This document shows positions 1 to 9,309 of a stretch of DNA of 64,000 nt, one piece after another; the stretch's first letter is position 1; the number at the start of each line of letters is the position of its first letter. Source of the stretch: Alphaproteobacteria bacterium (lineage in GTDB: Bacteria > Pseudomonadota > Alphaproteobacteria > UBA828); the NCBI GenBank assembly GCA_963667785.2, contig CAXXMU010000001.1, forward strand, positions 608,001-672,000, read 5' to 3'. The notes below the pieces were generated by a model that ran no database searches, was not told where the DNA came from, and saw nothing but the letters and a program-made list of their open reading frames with translations. The position numbers and the translations under genes are program-made.

Positions 1-74
1 AGAGCGCAGGCAAGCGGGAAGGAGCGGGGCGCGGCAGGGGAGCCGGTGCTCAAGTGGGATATGCAGGCCGCCTG

Positions 75-240
75 TCCCGCCCGGAATCCCTCGCTATCCC
101 GCGAAATCCCGCATGCCCCCCAGGCCTCCGGCTCCTGTCCCGTGCAATCCCGCTTTACTCCGGCCGGATCCCGCCGAATCCCGCAGGATCCCGGTGCCTC
201 CCCGGCCCCCTGTCCCGCACGGCGCGCACATCTCGTCCCG
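75..240. repeat. Helically phased array of (A/G)TCCC(G) motifs, about 10-bp period
   Basis: TCC(C/G) starts at 87, 97, 107, 127, 138, 148, 159, 169, 179, 189 and 199, with out-of-phase copies at 75, 213 and 236; intergenic. Confidence 0.75.
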
Positions 241-286
241 CCTGCCCGCCGGCGGGGCCGCCCTGCTGTTGACAGCGCCGCCCATT

Positions 287-333
287 CTCCCTCTCCGCCC
301 CTGGGGGCGGAGAGGGCCGGGGTGAGGTGGGGG
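287..333. repeat. Alphaproteobacterial REP-like palindromic element
   Basis: CCCTCTCCGCCC-CTGG-GGGCGGAGAGGG hairpin followed by CCGGGGTGAGGTGGGGG, the typical form of this dispersed repeat. Confidence 0.7.
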
Positions 334-407
334 AAGCTCGGGCAACACCGCACGAAGGTTGGGCACTCGCAGCAACTCGCTGCGATCGTGTCTGAACGAA
401 AAATGCT

Positions 408-3383
408 CTAGCGGCTGGCGACCCGCGCGGGCGCGGGCATCTCGGCGAGCAGCACCGTGATCTTCTGCACCTGCCGCTGAAACGCGGCGAGCTCGGGTCC
501 CGCCAGCTTGCGACCGGCCGGCAGCTTGAGCGTCATCGGATTGATTCGCCTGTCGCCCTGCATCACCTCGTAGTGGAGGTGGGGGCCGGTCGACATTCCG
601 GTGGAGCCGACATAGCCGATGACCTGCCCCTGGCGGACCCGCTTGCCCCTCGCCATGCCCTTCGCATAGCCGCTCAGGTGCGCATAGCCGGTGCTGTAGG
701 TGCTGTTGTGCCGGATGCGGATGTATTTGCCGTAGTTGCCGTAGCGGCCGATCATCGAGATCGCCCCGTCACCGGCGGCGAAGATCGGCGTGCCTATCGG
801 CGCGGCGAAGTCGAGGCCCAGATGCTTCTTGTTGTAGCCGAGGATCGGGTGCATGCGCATGCCGTAGCCGGATGAAAGTCGCGCGCCGTTGATCGGTGTC
901 CGCATGAGAGCCTTGCGCACGCTGGCGCCCGTCGCGTCCAGATAGTCCGCCGGCCCCTCCGCGGGCTCGTAGCGGAAGAGCTCGATCGTGCGCTTGCCGG
1001 CTTCGAGCGAGGCGTAGAGGAGGGGACCGTTTTCCACGAACGCGCCGGCCATGTCGTATGCCGCCTCGTAGAGGACCTCGAAACGGTCGCCCGGCTGGAG
1101 ATCGCGCTGGAAGTCGACGTCGTAGCTGAAGATGTGCACCATCTCCATGAACACCTGGTTCGGCATTCCCGCCGCGTCCGCCGCCACGTAGAGGCTCGAT
1201 TCGATGGTGCCCGCGTTCCTCTCCAGAATGCGGTCCAGCGGCCGGTCCACCACGCTCGGCAGGAAGAGGCCGTCATCGCCGCGCGTCACCACGACATCGC
1301 GGTCCGGCGCCACGTCGAGAGCGACGGCGGCGAGTCTCGGGGCGTCGCTCGACCCGTTCACCGGATCGAACGAGAGCGAGAGGGTCTGGCCGACCTGCAG
1401 CCGCCGTGGATTGTGGACCTGACGGAAGGCGACGATGACCGATTCGGCCTCCTCGCGCGAGCCGCCGGCCCGGGTCAGCGCGGCCGACAGCGTGTCGCCC
1501 GAGCGCAGGACGACCTTCTTCCGCACCAGGCCGTCGTCTTCGTCGACAAGGTCACTGACGGTGCCGTTGACGGTGTTGCCGTCGATCGCGCCCATGGCGG
1601 GCGGCGGCAGCGGCGCTGCGGCGGCGACGAAAGCGCCGTCCATCACCTGCCCGCGGGTAGGTGCCGGCGCCTCCTGCTCCTTCTCGCCCTCGGCCGGTGC
1701 GCCGGTTGCGGCGATGCGCCGGAGCGGTGCAGGGGTCAACACAATTCGGCTCGTCGTCTCGGCTTCGAAGGTTCCGGCGGCGGTGCGTGTCACCTTGACG
1801 TAGCGATCGTCGCCGGTGCGCAGCGCGACGGCGGCGAGCGTATCCGCTCCCCTCTCGTCGATGCCGGTCACCAGGGTGATTTCCTGTCCGATACGGAGCC
1901 GCCTCAGATTGAACATCGTGCGGGCCGCCTCGATGGCGCGGTCCGCCTCCACGCGGTCGATCCCGTGCCGCCGCAGGATCGCCATCAGGGTATCGCCCGA
2001 TCGCACCTCGATCTGCCTGGCCGATGTCGGCAGAGGTGCCGGCGCCGCCGCCACCGTCGGCGCGCTCTCGGTGTCGGGCTTGGGCTTGGCCTGCGTACCC
2101 GTCGCGGTCGGCCCGGCCGGCTTCGCGGTCGGCACGGCCGGCTTCGCGGTCAGCCAGGCCCTGGGCGCCTCCCTGGTAATCCGGCTCGAGAAGCGCCCCT
2201 TCTCACCCCGCTCGACCTGGATGAATCGGCCCTTCGGGAGCGCGATATCCAGCCTCGCGATGCGCGGTTCGAAGCCCGGCACCGGCCGTTTCGTGACCCG
2301 CACGGTGATGCCGGCGGGAAGGCGGCGCGGATTGAACACGCGGCGCAGGCTCTGCACGAGCGCGTCCGCCTCGGGCCTGCGTACCTCCGCATCGAGGAGG
2401 AGATCCATCAGGGTGCTGCCCGCGCGCAGGGTACGGCGCAGTTCGACGGTCGCCTGCTCCGGCTCCGCCGCACCCGTATTTTCGCCGCTCTCGTCGGGCC
2501 GGGGGGCGGCCGGCTGTGCAGCGGCCGCGGCCGGTGCGACATCGGCGGCGACCGATGCGATATCGGCGGCGGCAGGGCCGTCCGGCTTGAGCCGCGGAAC
2601 CGCGAGCTCTCCCGTCCCGGCGCTCGCGATGGGAGCGAGTTCGGCTGCCCTGAGCGCGGTGCCGGTCGTCCGTTGCGCGGCGAATCCGCCGCCATCGGTG
2701 CGGATGACGGCCACCGCCCGGTCGTCGTCGAGATAGAGCGCGATGCCGCGCAGCCGGGCCCTGCCGTCCGCATCGCGCCCCGCCGCGATCGAGATGACCT
2801 GCCCCGGCATCAGCTCGCGCGGGTCGAAATCCGTCCTCAGTGCTCTCACGACGGCGTCCACGGTCTCGCCGTCGACGCCGTGGCGGCTCAGGATGCCGCC
2901 GATCGTCTCGTTGCGCCGCACGGTCACGGTGCGGCCTTCGCGGTCGAACGCCACTTCCGACAGTGGAATGGGGCGGGTGAGCGGGAGTCGGGTGCGGCGC
3001 GCGCTGTAGCGGCCGTTCGGGCGCCGATTCGCCTCGACGAACCGTTCCTTCCCCGTCTGGACGCTGATAGCGAGCGGAACGCGCCGGCCCTCATCCTCCA
3101 GACGGAACAGAAGCCGGACTTCGTGGCCGACCCGCATGCGCCGCAGGTTCGTCTTTCGCTGCACCGCGGTTGCGATCCAGCCGGCGTCCACCGGGCTCAC
3201 GCCGGCGCGGTCCAGCAGGATGGAGAGCGTGTCGCCGCGCTCGACGCGGAGGGTTTCGAGCTCGGTTGCGTCCTCTGTCGACGCCAGTGCCGCCTGCATC
3301 GGCGCCGGCAGGCCAGCCGCGACCCCTGCAATCAGCAGGAGTCCCGCAACCAGCCATGTCCAGCGTCGAAGGCGGCGATCCAT
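408..3383 (-). CDS. M23 family peptidoglycan DD-metalloendopeptidase (MepM/ShyA-like) with five OapA/LysM-like repeats
   Basis: C-terminal HxxxD (HLGLD) and HxH (GPHLHYE) motifs, RMHPILG motif, N-terminal hydrophobic segment; start uncertain (3383, 3413 or 3497). Confidence 0.9.
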   Translation of the reverse strand: MDRRLRRWTWLVAGLLLIAGVAAGLPAPMQAALASTEDATELETLRVERGDTLSILLDRAGVSPVDAGWIATAVQRKTNLRRMRVGHEVRLLFRLEDEGRRVPLAISVQTGKERFVEANRRPNGRYSARRTRLPLTRPIPLSEVAFDREGRTVTVRRNETIGGILSRHGVDGETVDAVVRALRTDFDPRELMPGQVISIAAGRDADGRARLRGIALYLDDDRAVAVIRTDGGGFAAQRTTGTALRAAELAPIASAGTGELAVPRLKPDGPAAADIASVAADVAPAAAAAQPAAPRPDESGENTGAAEPEQATVELRRTLRAGSTLMDLLLDAEVRRPEADALVQSLRRVFNPRRLPAGITVRVTKRPVPGFEPRIARLDIALPKGRFIQVERGEKGRFSSRITREAPRAWLTAKPAVPTAKPAGPTATGTQAKPKPDTESAPTVAAAPAPLPTSARQIEVRSGDTLMAILRRHGIDRVEADRAIEAARTMFNLRRLRIGQEITLVTGIDERGADTLAAVALRTGDDRYVKVTRTAAGTFEAETTSRIVLTPAPLRRIAATGAPAEGEKEQEAPAPTRGQVMDGAFVAAAAPLPPPAMGAIDGNTVNGTVSDLVDEDDGLVRKKVVLRSGDTLSAALTRAGGSREEAESVIVAFRQVHNPRRLQVGQTLSLSFDPVNGSSDAPRLAAVALDVAPDRDVVVTRGDDGLFLPSVVDRPLDRILERNAGTIESSLYVAADAAGMPNQVFMEMVHIFSYDVDFQRDLQPGDRFEVLYEAAYDMAGAFVENGPLLYASLEAGKRTIELFRYEPAEGPADYLDATGASVRKALMRTPINGARLSSGYGMRMHPILGYNKKHLGLDFAAPIGTPIFAAGDGAISMIGRYGNYGKYIRIRHNSTYSTGYAHLSGYAKGMARGKRVRQGQVIGYVGSTGMSTGPHLHYEVMQGDRRINPMTLKLPAGRKLAGPELAAFQRQVQKITVLLAEMPAPARVASR

Positions 3384-3585
3384 ACCCCGAATCAGTCCCC
3401 AAGCCACACGCATACGCGTCGACTCGTCAGTTGGGAGCGATGAGAGAACACCAAGCCTGAAGATACGCCGGCGCCTTGTCAATCGCGCGAGGGTCAATCG
3501 CGTGACGCCGGAGGCGATCCGGAAATCCCGTGATTCCCGAGACTTGGGCGTGTCGCTGGTTCACAACGCAGGCCCGGTGCCAGCC

Positions 3586-3834
3586 CTAGCGTCTGCTACT
3601 GGCGCCCGATCGGCGCCCTGCGCCTGCACTTGCCGTTTGCAATCGTGCGATCTCGTCCTTGACCTTGAGCTTGCGGCGCTTCAGGTCGGTGAGCGACAGC
3701 CCGTCCGGCGCCGGCCGCCGGGCTTCTTCCTGGATCGCCCGTTCCAGCCCCGCATGTCTCGCGGCGAGAGTGGCAAGATAATCGTCGACCCCGATCTCGT
3801 AGACCAGTGTGAGAGGGTCGATCCGCGAGTACAT
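3586..3834 (-). CDS. YdcH/DUF465 family small coiled-coil protein
   Basis: RHAGLERAI...[12 protein letters not shown] matches the DUF465 pattern. Confidence 0.8.
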   Translation of the reverse strand: MYSRIDPLTLVYEIGVDDYLATLAARHAGLERAIQEEARRPAPDGLSLTDLKRRKLKVKDEIARLQTASAGAGRRSGASSRR

Positions 3835-3982
3835 CTGTCGTTGGATCTCTCTGGGACTGTCTCGTCGGAGCGTACTGTGGGCGTGCCACGGAAGATTGGC
3901 GATTCCGACGTCAGTATGTCATATCGCCCGCACCATTGCCACCGCGCCAGCCGGCCACGACACGGCCCCGGGGAGTTCGTCG

Positions 3983-5572
3983 ATGCCTGACGCGCAAGGC
4001 CGGCCCATCGCCCGCGCCCTGATCTCGGTTTCGGACAAGAGCGGCCTCGTGCCGTTCGCCTCCCGGCTGGCACGATCGGGCGTTGCCATCCTGTCTACCG
4101 GCGGCACGGCGCGGACGCTCCGCGAGGCCGGCATCGCGGTCACCGACGTCTCCGACCACACCGGCTTTCCGGAGATCATGGACGGCCGGGTCAAGACCCT
4201 GCATCCGGCGATCTACGGCGGGATTCTCGCCCGCAGGGACGACGCCGGCCACCGCGCGGCACTGGAGGCGCACCGCATCGCCGGCATCGACCTCGTTGCG
4301 GTCAACCTCTACCCCTTCGAGGAGGCGGTGCGGGAGGGTACCGCGCTCGACACCTGCATCGAGACCATCGACATCGGCGGCCCGGCGATGATCCGGGCGG
4401 CGGCCAAGAACCACGATGACGTGACGGTGGTGGTGCAGCCCTCGGACTACCAGGCCGTGCTGGACGACATGGAGGCGCTCGGCGGCGCCACCAGCCTGGC
4501 CCTGCGCCGCCGCCTGGCGGCGACGGCGTTCGCGCGGACCGCCGCCTACGATGCCGCCATCGCCCGCCGGCTCGCGGCCGAGACCGAGGGCGAGATGCTG
4601 CCGTCCCGCATGGTGCTCGGCGGCGCGCGCGCCCGGCTGCTGCGCTATGGCGAGAACCCGCATCAGAGCGCCGCTCTCTATGTCGACCCCACGGCCCCGC
4701 CGGGCATCGCCCAGGCCGATCTGATCCAGGGCAAGGAGCCGAGCTACAACAATCTGGCCGATGCCGACGCGGCGTTCGCGCTGGTGCGCGAGTTCGGCCC
4801 GCCCGCCATCGCCATCATCAAGCACGGCAACCCCTGCGGCGTCGGCGTCGCGGACAGCCTCGCCGCGGCCTACGAGAAGGCGCGGGCCTGCGATCCGGTG
4901 AGCGCCTTCGGCGGCGTGGTCGCGGCCAACCGTGCGCTCGACGGCGCGACTGCGGGCGCCATCGCCGGCCTCTTCACCGAGGTCGTGGTCGCGCCCGAAG
5001 CGGATGCGGACGCGCGCGCCGCCCTTGCCGCCAAGCGCGACCTGCGTCTGCTGCTCACGGGCACGCACACGGGCGACGGTGGCGAGCGGCTGGTGCTGCG
5101 CGCTCTCTCGGACGGCTTCCTGATGCAGACCGAGGACTCCGTGCGCGTCACTGCCGACATGCTCAGGACGGTGACCAGGCGTGAGCCGACGGAACGGGAG
5201 CGCGCGGACCTCCTGTTCGCGTTCACCGTCGCCAAGCACGTGAAGTCGAACGCCATCGTCTATGCCAGGGGCGGCGCCACCGTCGGCATCGGCGCGGGCC
5301 AGATGAGCCGCATCGATTCCTCCCGTATCGCGGCGCAGAAGGCGGCCGACGCTTCGGCCGCCGCCGGCGAGGACCGCTCGCGGGCGGAGGGCTGCGTGGT
5401 GGCGTCGGACGCGTTCTTTCCCTTCGCCGACGGGCTGCTCGCGGCCGCCCAGGCCGGCGCCACCGCGGTGATCCAGCCGGGAGGCTCCAAGCGCGATGCC
5501 GAGGTCATCGCCGCGGCCGACGAGAAGGGCCTCGCCATGGTCTTCACCGGCGTCCGTCACTTCCGCCACTAG
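3983..5572 (+). CDS. purH: Bifunctional AICAR formyltransferase/IMP cyclohydrolase
   Basis: [31 protein letters not shown] and SDAFFPF motifs; ends GVRHFRH. Confidence 0.97.
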   Translation: MPDAQGRPIARALISVSDKSGLVPFASRLARSGVAILSTGGTARTLREAGIAVTDVSDHTGFPEIMDGRVKTLHPAIYGGILARRDDAGHRAALEAHRIAGIDLVAVNLYPFEEAVREGTALDTCIETIDIGGPAMIRAAAKNHDDVTVVVQPSDYQAVLDDMEALGGATSLALRRRLAATAFARTAAYDAAIARRLAAETEGEMLPSRMVLGGARARLLRYGENPHQSAALYVDPTAPPGIAQADLIQGKEPSYNNLADADAAFALVREFGPPAIAIIKHGNPCGVGVADSLAAAYEKARACDPVSAFGGVVAANRALDGATAGAIAGLFTEVVVAPEADADARAALAAKRDLRLLLTGTHTGDGGERLVLRALSDGFLMQTEDSVRVTADMLRTVTRREPTERERADLLFAFTVAKHVKSNAIVYARGGATVGIGAGQMSRIDSSRIAAQKAADASAAAGEDRSRAEGCVVASDAFFPFADGLLAAAQAGATAVIQPGGSKRDAEVIAAADEKGLAMVFTGVRHFRH

Positions 5573-5584
5573 GCGCGGGCTCCG

Positions 5585-6523
5585 ATGATCGTCGTATTCG
5601 GCTCGATCAACGCCGATCTCCTGTTCGCCGTCGATGCGCTGCCGCGCGCCGGCGAGACGGTGCTCTGCCCGGGCCATCGGGCAGTGGCCGGCGGCAAGGG
5701 CCTCAATCAGGCGGTCGCCGCCGCGCGTGCTGCCACCGACCCTGCGACCTCCGTCCAGATGGTGGGCCGCGTCGGCCCCGACGGCTTCGCCACGCTCGCG
5801 CTCGGCGCGCTCGAGGACGCCGGCGTCGGGACCGAGGCGGTCACCCGGAGCGCGCTTCCCACCGGCTGCGCCGCGGTGATCGTCGACCGCGCAGGCGAGA
5901 ACCAGATCACCGTGGCGAGCGGCGCCAACACGGACCTTTCGCCGGACGCGCTGCCCGATGCGTGGCTCGGGCCGGAGACGGTGCTCGTGCTGCAGATGGA
6001 GGTCCCGCTCGAGTCCAATTGGGCGGCGGTCGAGCGGGCCAAGGCGCGCGGTGCCCGCGTGGTCCTCAACCTGGCGCCCGCCAAGCCGGTGCCGGCCGCC
6101 TTGCTGCCCGCATTCGACCTCGTGGTGGTGAACGAGATCGAGGCAGGCATGCTGGCCGAGGCGCTGGGACTGGACGCCACCTCCGGCGAGGAGGCCGGGC
6201 GCGCGATCGCAGGCCGCTACGGCGTGACGACGGTGGTGAGCCTGGGCAGCGCCGGGGCTGCCGCCTTCACGCCCGATGCGGCCTGGCGCTGCGGCGCGCT
6301 CGCGATCGAGCCCGTGGACACGGTCGGCGCGGGCGATGCCTTCGTCGCCGGCCTCGCGCTCGGGCTGGAAGCAGGCGCGCCGCTGCCCCGGATGCTGCAG
6401 CGGGCGAGCGTCATCGGCGGGCTCGCCTGCCTCGGCGAGGGCGCCGCGCCGGCGATGCCGCAGGCCGCAGAGGTCGAGGCCCGCCTCGCCGATCTGGCGC
6501 CGGCGCAGCCCCTCGATCTATGA
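5585..6523 (+). CDS. rbsK: Ribokinase / PfkB family carbohydrate kinase
   Basis: GSINAD, GGKGLNQAVA, GENQI and DTVGAGDAF motifs. Confidence 0.85.
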   Translation: MIVVFGSINADLLFAVDALPRAGETVLCPGHRAVAGGKGLNQAVAAARAATDPATSVQMVGRVGPDGFATLALGALEDAGVGTEAVTRSALPTGCAAVIVDRAGENQITVASGANTDLSPDALPDAWLGPETVLVLQMEVPLESNWAAVERAKARGARVVLNLAPAKPVPAALLPAFDLVVVNEIEAGMLAEALGLDATSGEEAGRAIAGRYGVTTVVSLGSAGAAAFTPDAAWRCGALAIEPVDTVGAGDAFVAGLALGLEAGAPLPRMLQRASVIGGLACLGEGAAPAMPQAAEVEARLADLAPAQPLDL

Positions 6524-7618
6524 CGAGGCCGCCTCGGCTCTCTCGGGGAAGAGGTCGCGGAGGCCCCGCTCCGACGCCTCGCACACGCCGCGGTCGGTGA
6601 TGAGCGCGGTCACCAGTCGCGCCGGCGTCACGTCGAAGGCATAGTTGGCGGCGCGGCTGCCGGCGGGCGTCAGCGCCACTGTCGTCTCGCGTCCGGCCTC
6701 GTCGCGCCCGGTGATGGTCAGCACCTCGTCTTCCGCCCGCTGCTCGATGGGCGTCTCGGCGCCGTCGGCGAGGCTCCAGTCGATGGTGGGATGGGGCAGC
6801 GCGACGTAGAAGGGGATGCCGTTGTCGCCGGCCGCCAGCGCCTTCAGATAAGTGCCGATCTTGTTGCACACGTCGCCGCGGGCGGTGGTGCGGTCGGTGC
6901 CGGTGATGCAGAAGTCGACCATGCCGCGCTGCATCAGGTGGCCGCCGGCATTGTCCACGATGACCGTGTGCGGCACCCCGTGGCTTGCGAGCTCCCAGGC
7001 GGTAAGCGCCGCACCCTGGTTGCGGGGCCGCGTCTCGTCGACCCACACATGGACGGGAATTCCCTTGTCGTGGGCCAGGTAGAGGGGCGCCAGCGCCGTT
7101 CCCCAGTCGACCGCGGCGAGCCAGCCGGCGTTGCAATGGGTGAGCACGTTGACCGGGCCGTCCTTCTCGCCGGCGACCCGTTCCACCAGCGCGAGCCCGT
7201 TCTCCCCGATCGCCCGGTTGATGGCCACGTCCTCGTCGCAGATCTCGCCCGCCCGCCGATAGGCGGCGGCGGCGCGCTCGCCCGCGCCCAGGGGGCGGAG
7301 CCTCCGGCCCAGGTCCTCGAGCGCCCAGCGCAGGTTGACCGCCGTCGGCCGGGTGGCGGCGAGCAGCGCGATGGCGTGCTCCAGACTGGCATCGCCCGGG
7401 TCGTCGGCGAGCGCCAGCGCTAGGCCGTAGGCCGCGGTCGCGCCGATGAGCGGCGCACCACGCACCACCATCGTCCTGATGGCATCCGCCGCATCGTCCA
7501 CGGTGCGGAGCGGGCGGGTCGAGAAGCTGTGCGGAAGCCGCGTCTGGTCGATGACGACGACCGTGCGGCCGTCCTCGTCCAGCCAGATGCTGCGATAGGG
7601 GCGGCCGTCGACCTTCAC
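6518..7618 (-). CDS. mtnA: S-methyl-5-thioribose-1-phosphate isomerase
   Basis: MVVRGAPLIG, RPTAVNL, THCNAG, DETRPRNQG, NKIGTY and FDVTP motifs; GTG start overlaps the upstream stop (GTGA). Confidence 0.95.
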   Translation of the reverse strand: MKVDGRPYRSIWLDEDGRTVVVIDQTRLPHSFSTRPLRTVDDAADAIRTMVVRGAPLIGATAAYGLALALADDPGDASLEHAIALLAATRPTAVNLRWALEDLGRRLRPLGAGERAAAAYRRAGEICDEDVAINRAIGENGLALVERVAGEKDGPVNVLTHCNAGWLAAVDWGTALAPLYLAHDKGIPVHVWVDETRPRNQGAALTAWELASHGVPHTVIVDNAGGHLMQRGMVDFCITGTDRTTARGDVCNKIGTYLKALAAGDNGIPFYVALPHPTIDWSLADGAETPIEQRAEDEVLTITGRDEAGRETTVALTPAGSRAANYAFDVTPARLVTALITDRGVCEASERGLRDLFPERAEAASS

Positions 7619-8301
7619 GAGCCGGCGCCCGCCTTCGTCATCATGTCGTAGCGCACCCTGTCGTGGGCCTCGACCGGGTCCACCCCCTGGCGCACCGCCT
7701 CGATGATGCCTTCCTCGATGTTCTTGAAGAGCGTGGCGTGCTCCAGCACCTCGGCGGCGCGGGCACGGGGGACGACGCAGACGCCGTTCTCGTCGGCGAC
7801 GATGATGTCGCCCGGCGCCACCGGGACGCCGCCCAGCCGCACGGGGATGGCGTAGCCCGCGCAGGCGCAGCGGTTGCGGATCGACTGCTGGATGAAGCCC
7901 CGGCCGTAGACCGGCAGGTTCAGCGCCTTGTACTCGTCGATGTCGCGGGTGACGCCGTCGATCACCGTGCCGACGAGGCCGAAATGCCGGGTGGTGAAGC
8001 CGGCGACGCCGCCATAGCTGTTGACGTCCATCCGCCCGCCCTGGTCGATCACCAGCACGTCGCCGGGATTGCCCCGCTTGACCGCCTCGAGCGTGCCGAG
8101 CACGGGCGATTCCTCGGCCTCGCCCACGGGCACCAGCTTCAGCGTCGCGGCGGGGCCGACGATCCTGGCGCAGCTGTCCCACAGCGGGCCGATGCCGTGC
8201 GGCGCGCCGGCGATTCCGGCGCGGTCGAGGCCGTCCGAGACGTTGGCGGTGGAGAGGCGGCGAAAGCCCTCGACCAGGTCTCTGAGGTCGGCGGCGGTCA
8301 T
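7615..8301 (-). CDS. RraA/HMG-CHA aldolase family protein
   Basis: STANVSD, PGDVLVID, IDGVTRD and PGDIIVADENGV motifs. Confidence 0.88.
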   Translation of the reverse strand: MTAADLRDLVEGFRRLSTANVSDGLDRAGIAGAPHGIGPLWDSCARIVGPAATLKLVPVGEAEESPVLGTLEAVKRGNPGDVLVIDQGGRMDVNSYGGVAGFTTRHFGLVGTVIDGVTRDIDEYKALNLPVYGRGFIQQSIRNRCACAGYAIPVRLGGVPVAPGDIIVADENGVCVVPRARAAEVLEHATLFKNIEEGIIEAVRQGVDPVEAHDRVRYDMMTKAGAGS

Positions 8302-8331
8302 GGTCGCTCCCGATCCGATTGCTGCATGGGT

Positions 8332-9273
8332 CTACGGCTGCTCGTCCTGCGGCCCTCGGAAGCCCCTTTCCTTGGCCCGGATCAGCGCCGAGACGAGCGT
8401 GTTGTAGGGCGCTTCGAGGCCGAGCGCCAGAGCCTCCGGCGGGATCGCGCCGTTGATGGCGTCGATCTCCGAGCGGCGGCCGGCGAGGTGGTCCAGCAGC
8501 ATCGAGGGGCGGGCATCGGGGATCTTGGCGCCGAAGTCGCGCACGTAGGCCACGGGCTCCTCGAAGTCGAGGCGGACGCCGCGTGCGCGCGCGACATGGA
8601 AGGCCTCGGCAGCACAGCCGGAGGCGATGGGCCAGGCGTCCGCATCGGCCATGATCTCGCCCACCGTGAGCCCGGTCAGCGCCGCCGTGCCGCTGTAGCA
8701 GACGTTGCAGATCAGCTTCTCCCAGACGAGCTGGTCGATGTCGTCGAAGCACCTGACGGTGAAGCCGGACTCCCGCCAGAGCGCGGCGATGCGCTCCAGC
8801 CGGGGCGTCACCGCGCCGTTCGCCTCGCCCAGTCGCACCAGCTCCATGCCGTTGTGATGGGCGTGGCCCGGCGCCTTGATCGAGGCGCCGAAGCCGCCGA
8901 CCACGCCGATGATGACGCGCTCTGCGCCCATGATGCGGGCGACCCTGGCGGCGCTGCCGAGGCCGTTCTGGATGGTCAGCACCGGGGTCTCCGGGCCGAG
9001 CAGAGCGCGCGCGCTGGTAGCCGCTTCCTCCACCTGCGGCGCCTTGGTGGCGATGATGACGAGGTCGCAGGGGCCGACGGCGGCCGGATCGCTGGTAGCG
9101 CCCAGCGCAACCGTGCGGTCGCCGCTCGCGCCTTCGAGCCGGAGACCGTTCGCCGCCATCGCGTCGACATGGGCCTGCCAGGTGTCGATGGCCCAGACCT
9201 CGTTGCCGGCATCGGCCATGAGCGCGGCATAGACGCAGCCCATGGCGCCGGCGCCGACGATCCCGATCTTCAT
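8332..9273 (-). CDS. panE: 2-dehydropantoate 2-reductase (ketopantoate reductase family)
   Basis: GAGAMG Rossmann motif; QNGLG, WEKLICN, SMLLD and EIDAING motifs. Confidence 0.85.
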   Translation of the reverse strand: MKIGIVGAGAMGCVYAALMADAGNEVWAIDTWQAHVDAMAANGLRLEGASGDRTVALGATSDPAAVGPCDLVIIATKAPQVEEAATSARALLGPETPVLTIQNGLGSAARVARIMGAERVIIGVVGGFGASIKAPGHAHHNGMELVRLGEANGAVTPRLERIAALWRESGFTVRCFDDIDQLVWEKLICNVCYSGTAALTGLTVGEIMADADAWPIASGCAAEAFHVARARGVRLDFEEPVAYVRDFGAKIPDARPSMLLDHLAGRRSEIDAINGAIPPEALALGLEAPYNTLVSALIRAKERGFRGPQDEQP

Positions 9274-9309
9274 CGCTCTTGCTCGCTCCTTCTTGGTGAG
9301 GGTCCCGGC

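Noticed and set aside
46-411. Short ORFs over the phased repeat region
   Set aside because: Low-complexity translations in several frames with no family signal; the 10-nt period argues against coding.
3855-3975. Hairpin CGTCGGA...TCCGACG upstream of purH as a possible ZMP/ZTP riboswitch
   Set aside because: Only a partial GATTGGCG resemblance; the 3' CGCCTGGGC pseudoknot element is missing.
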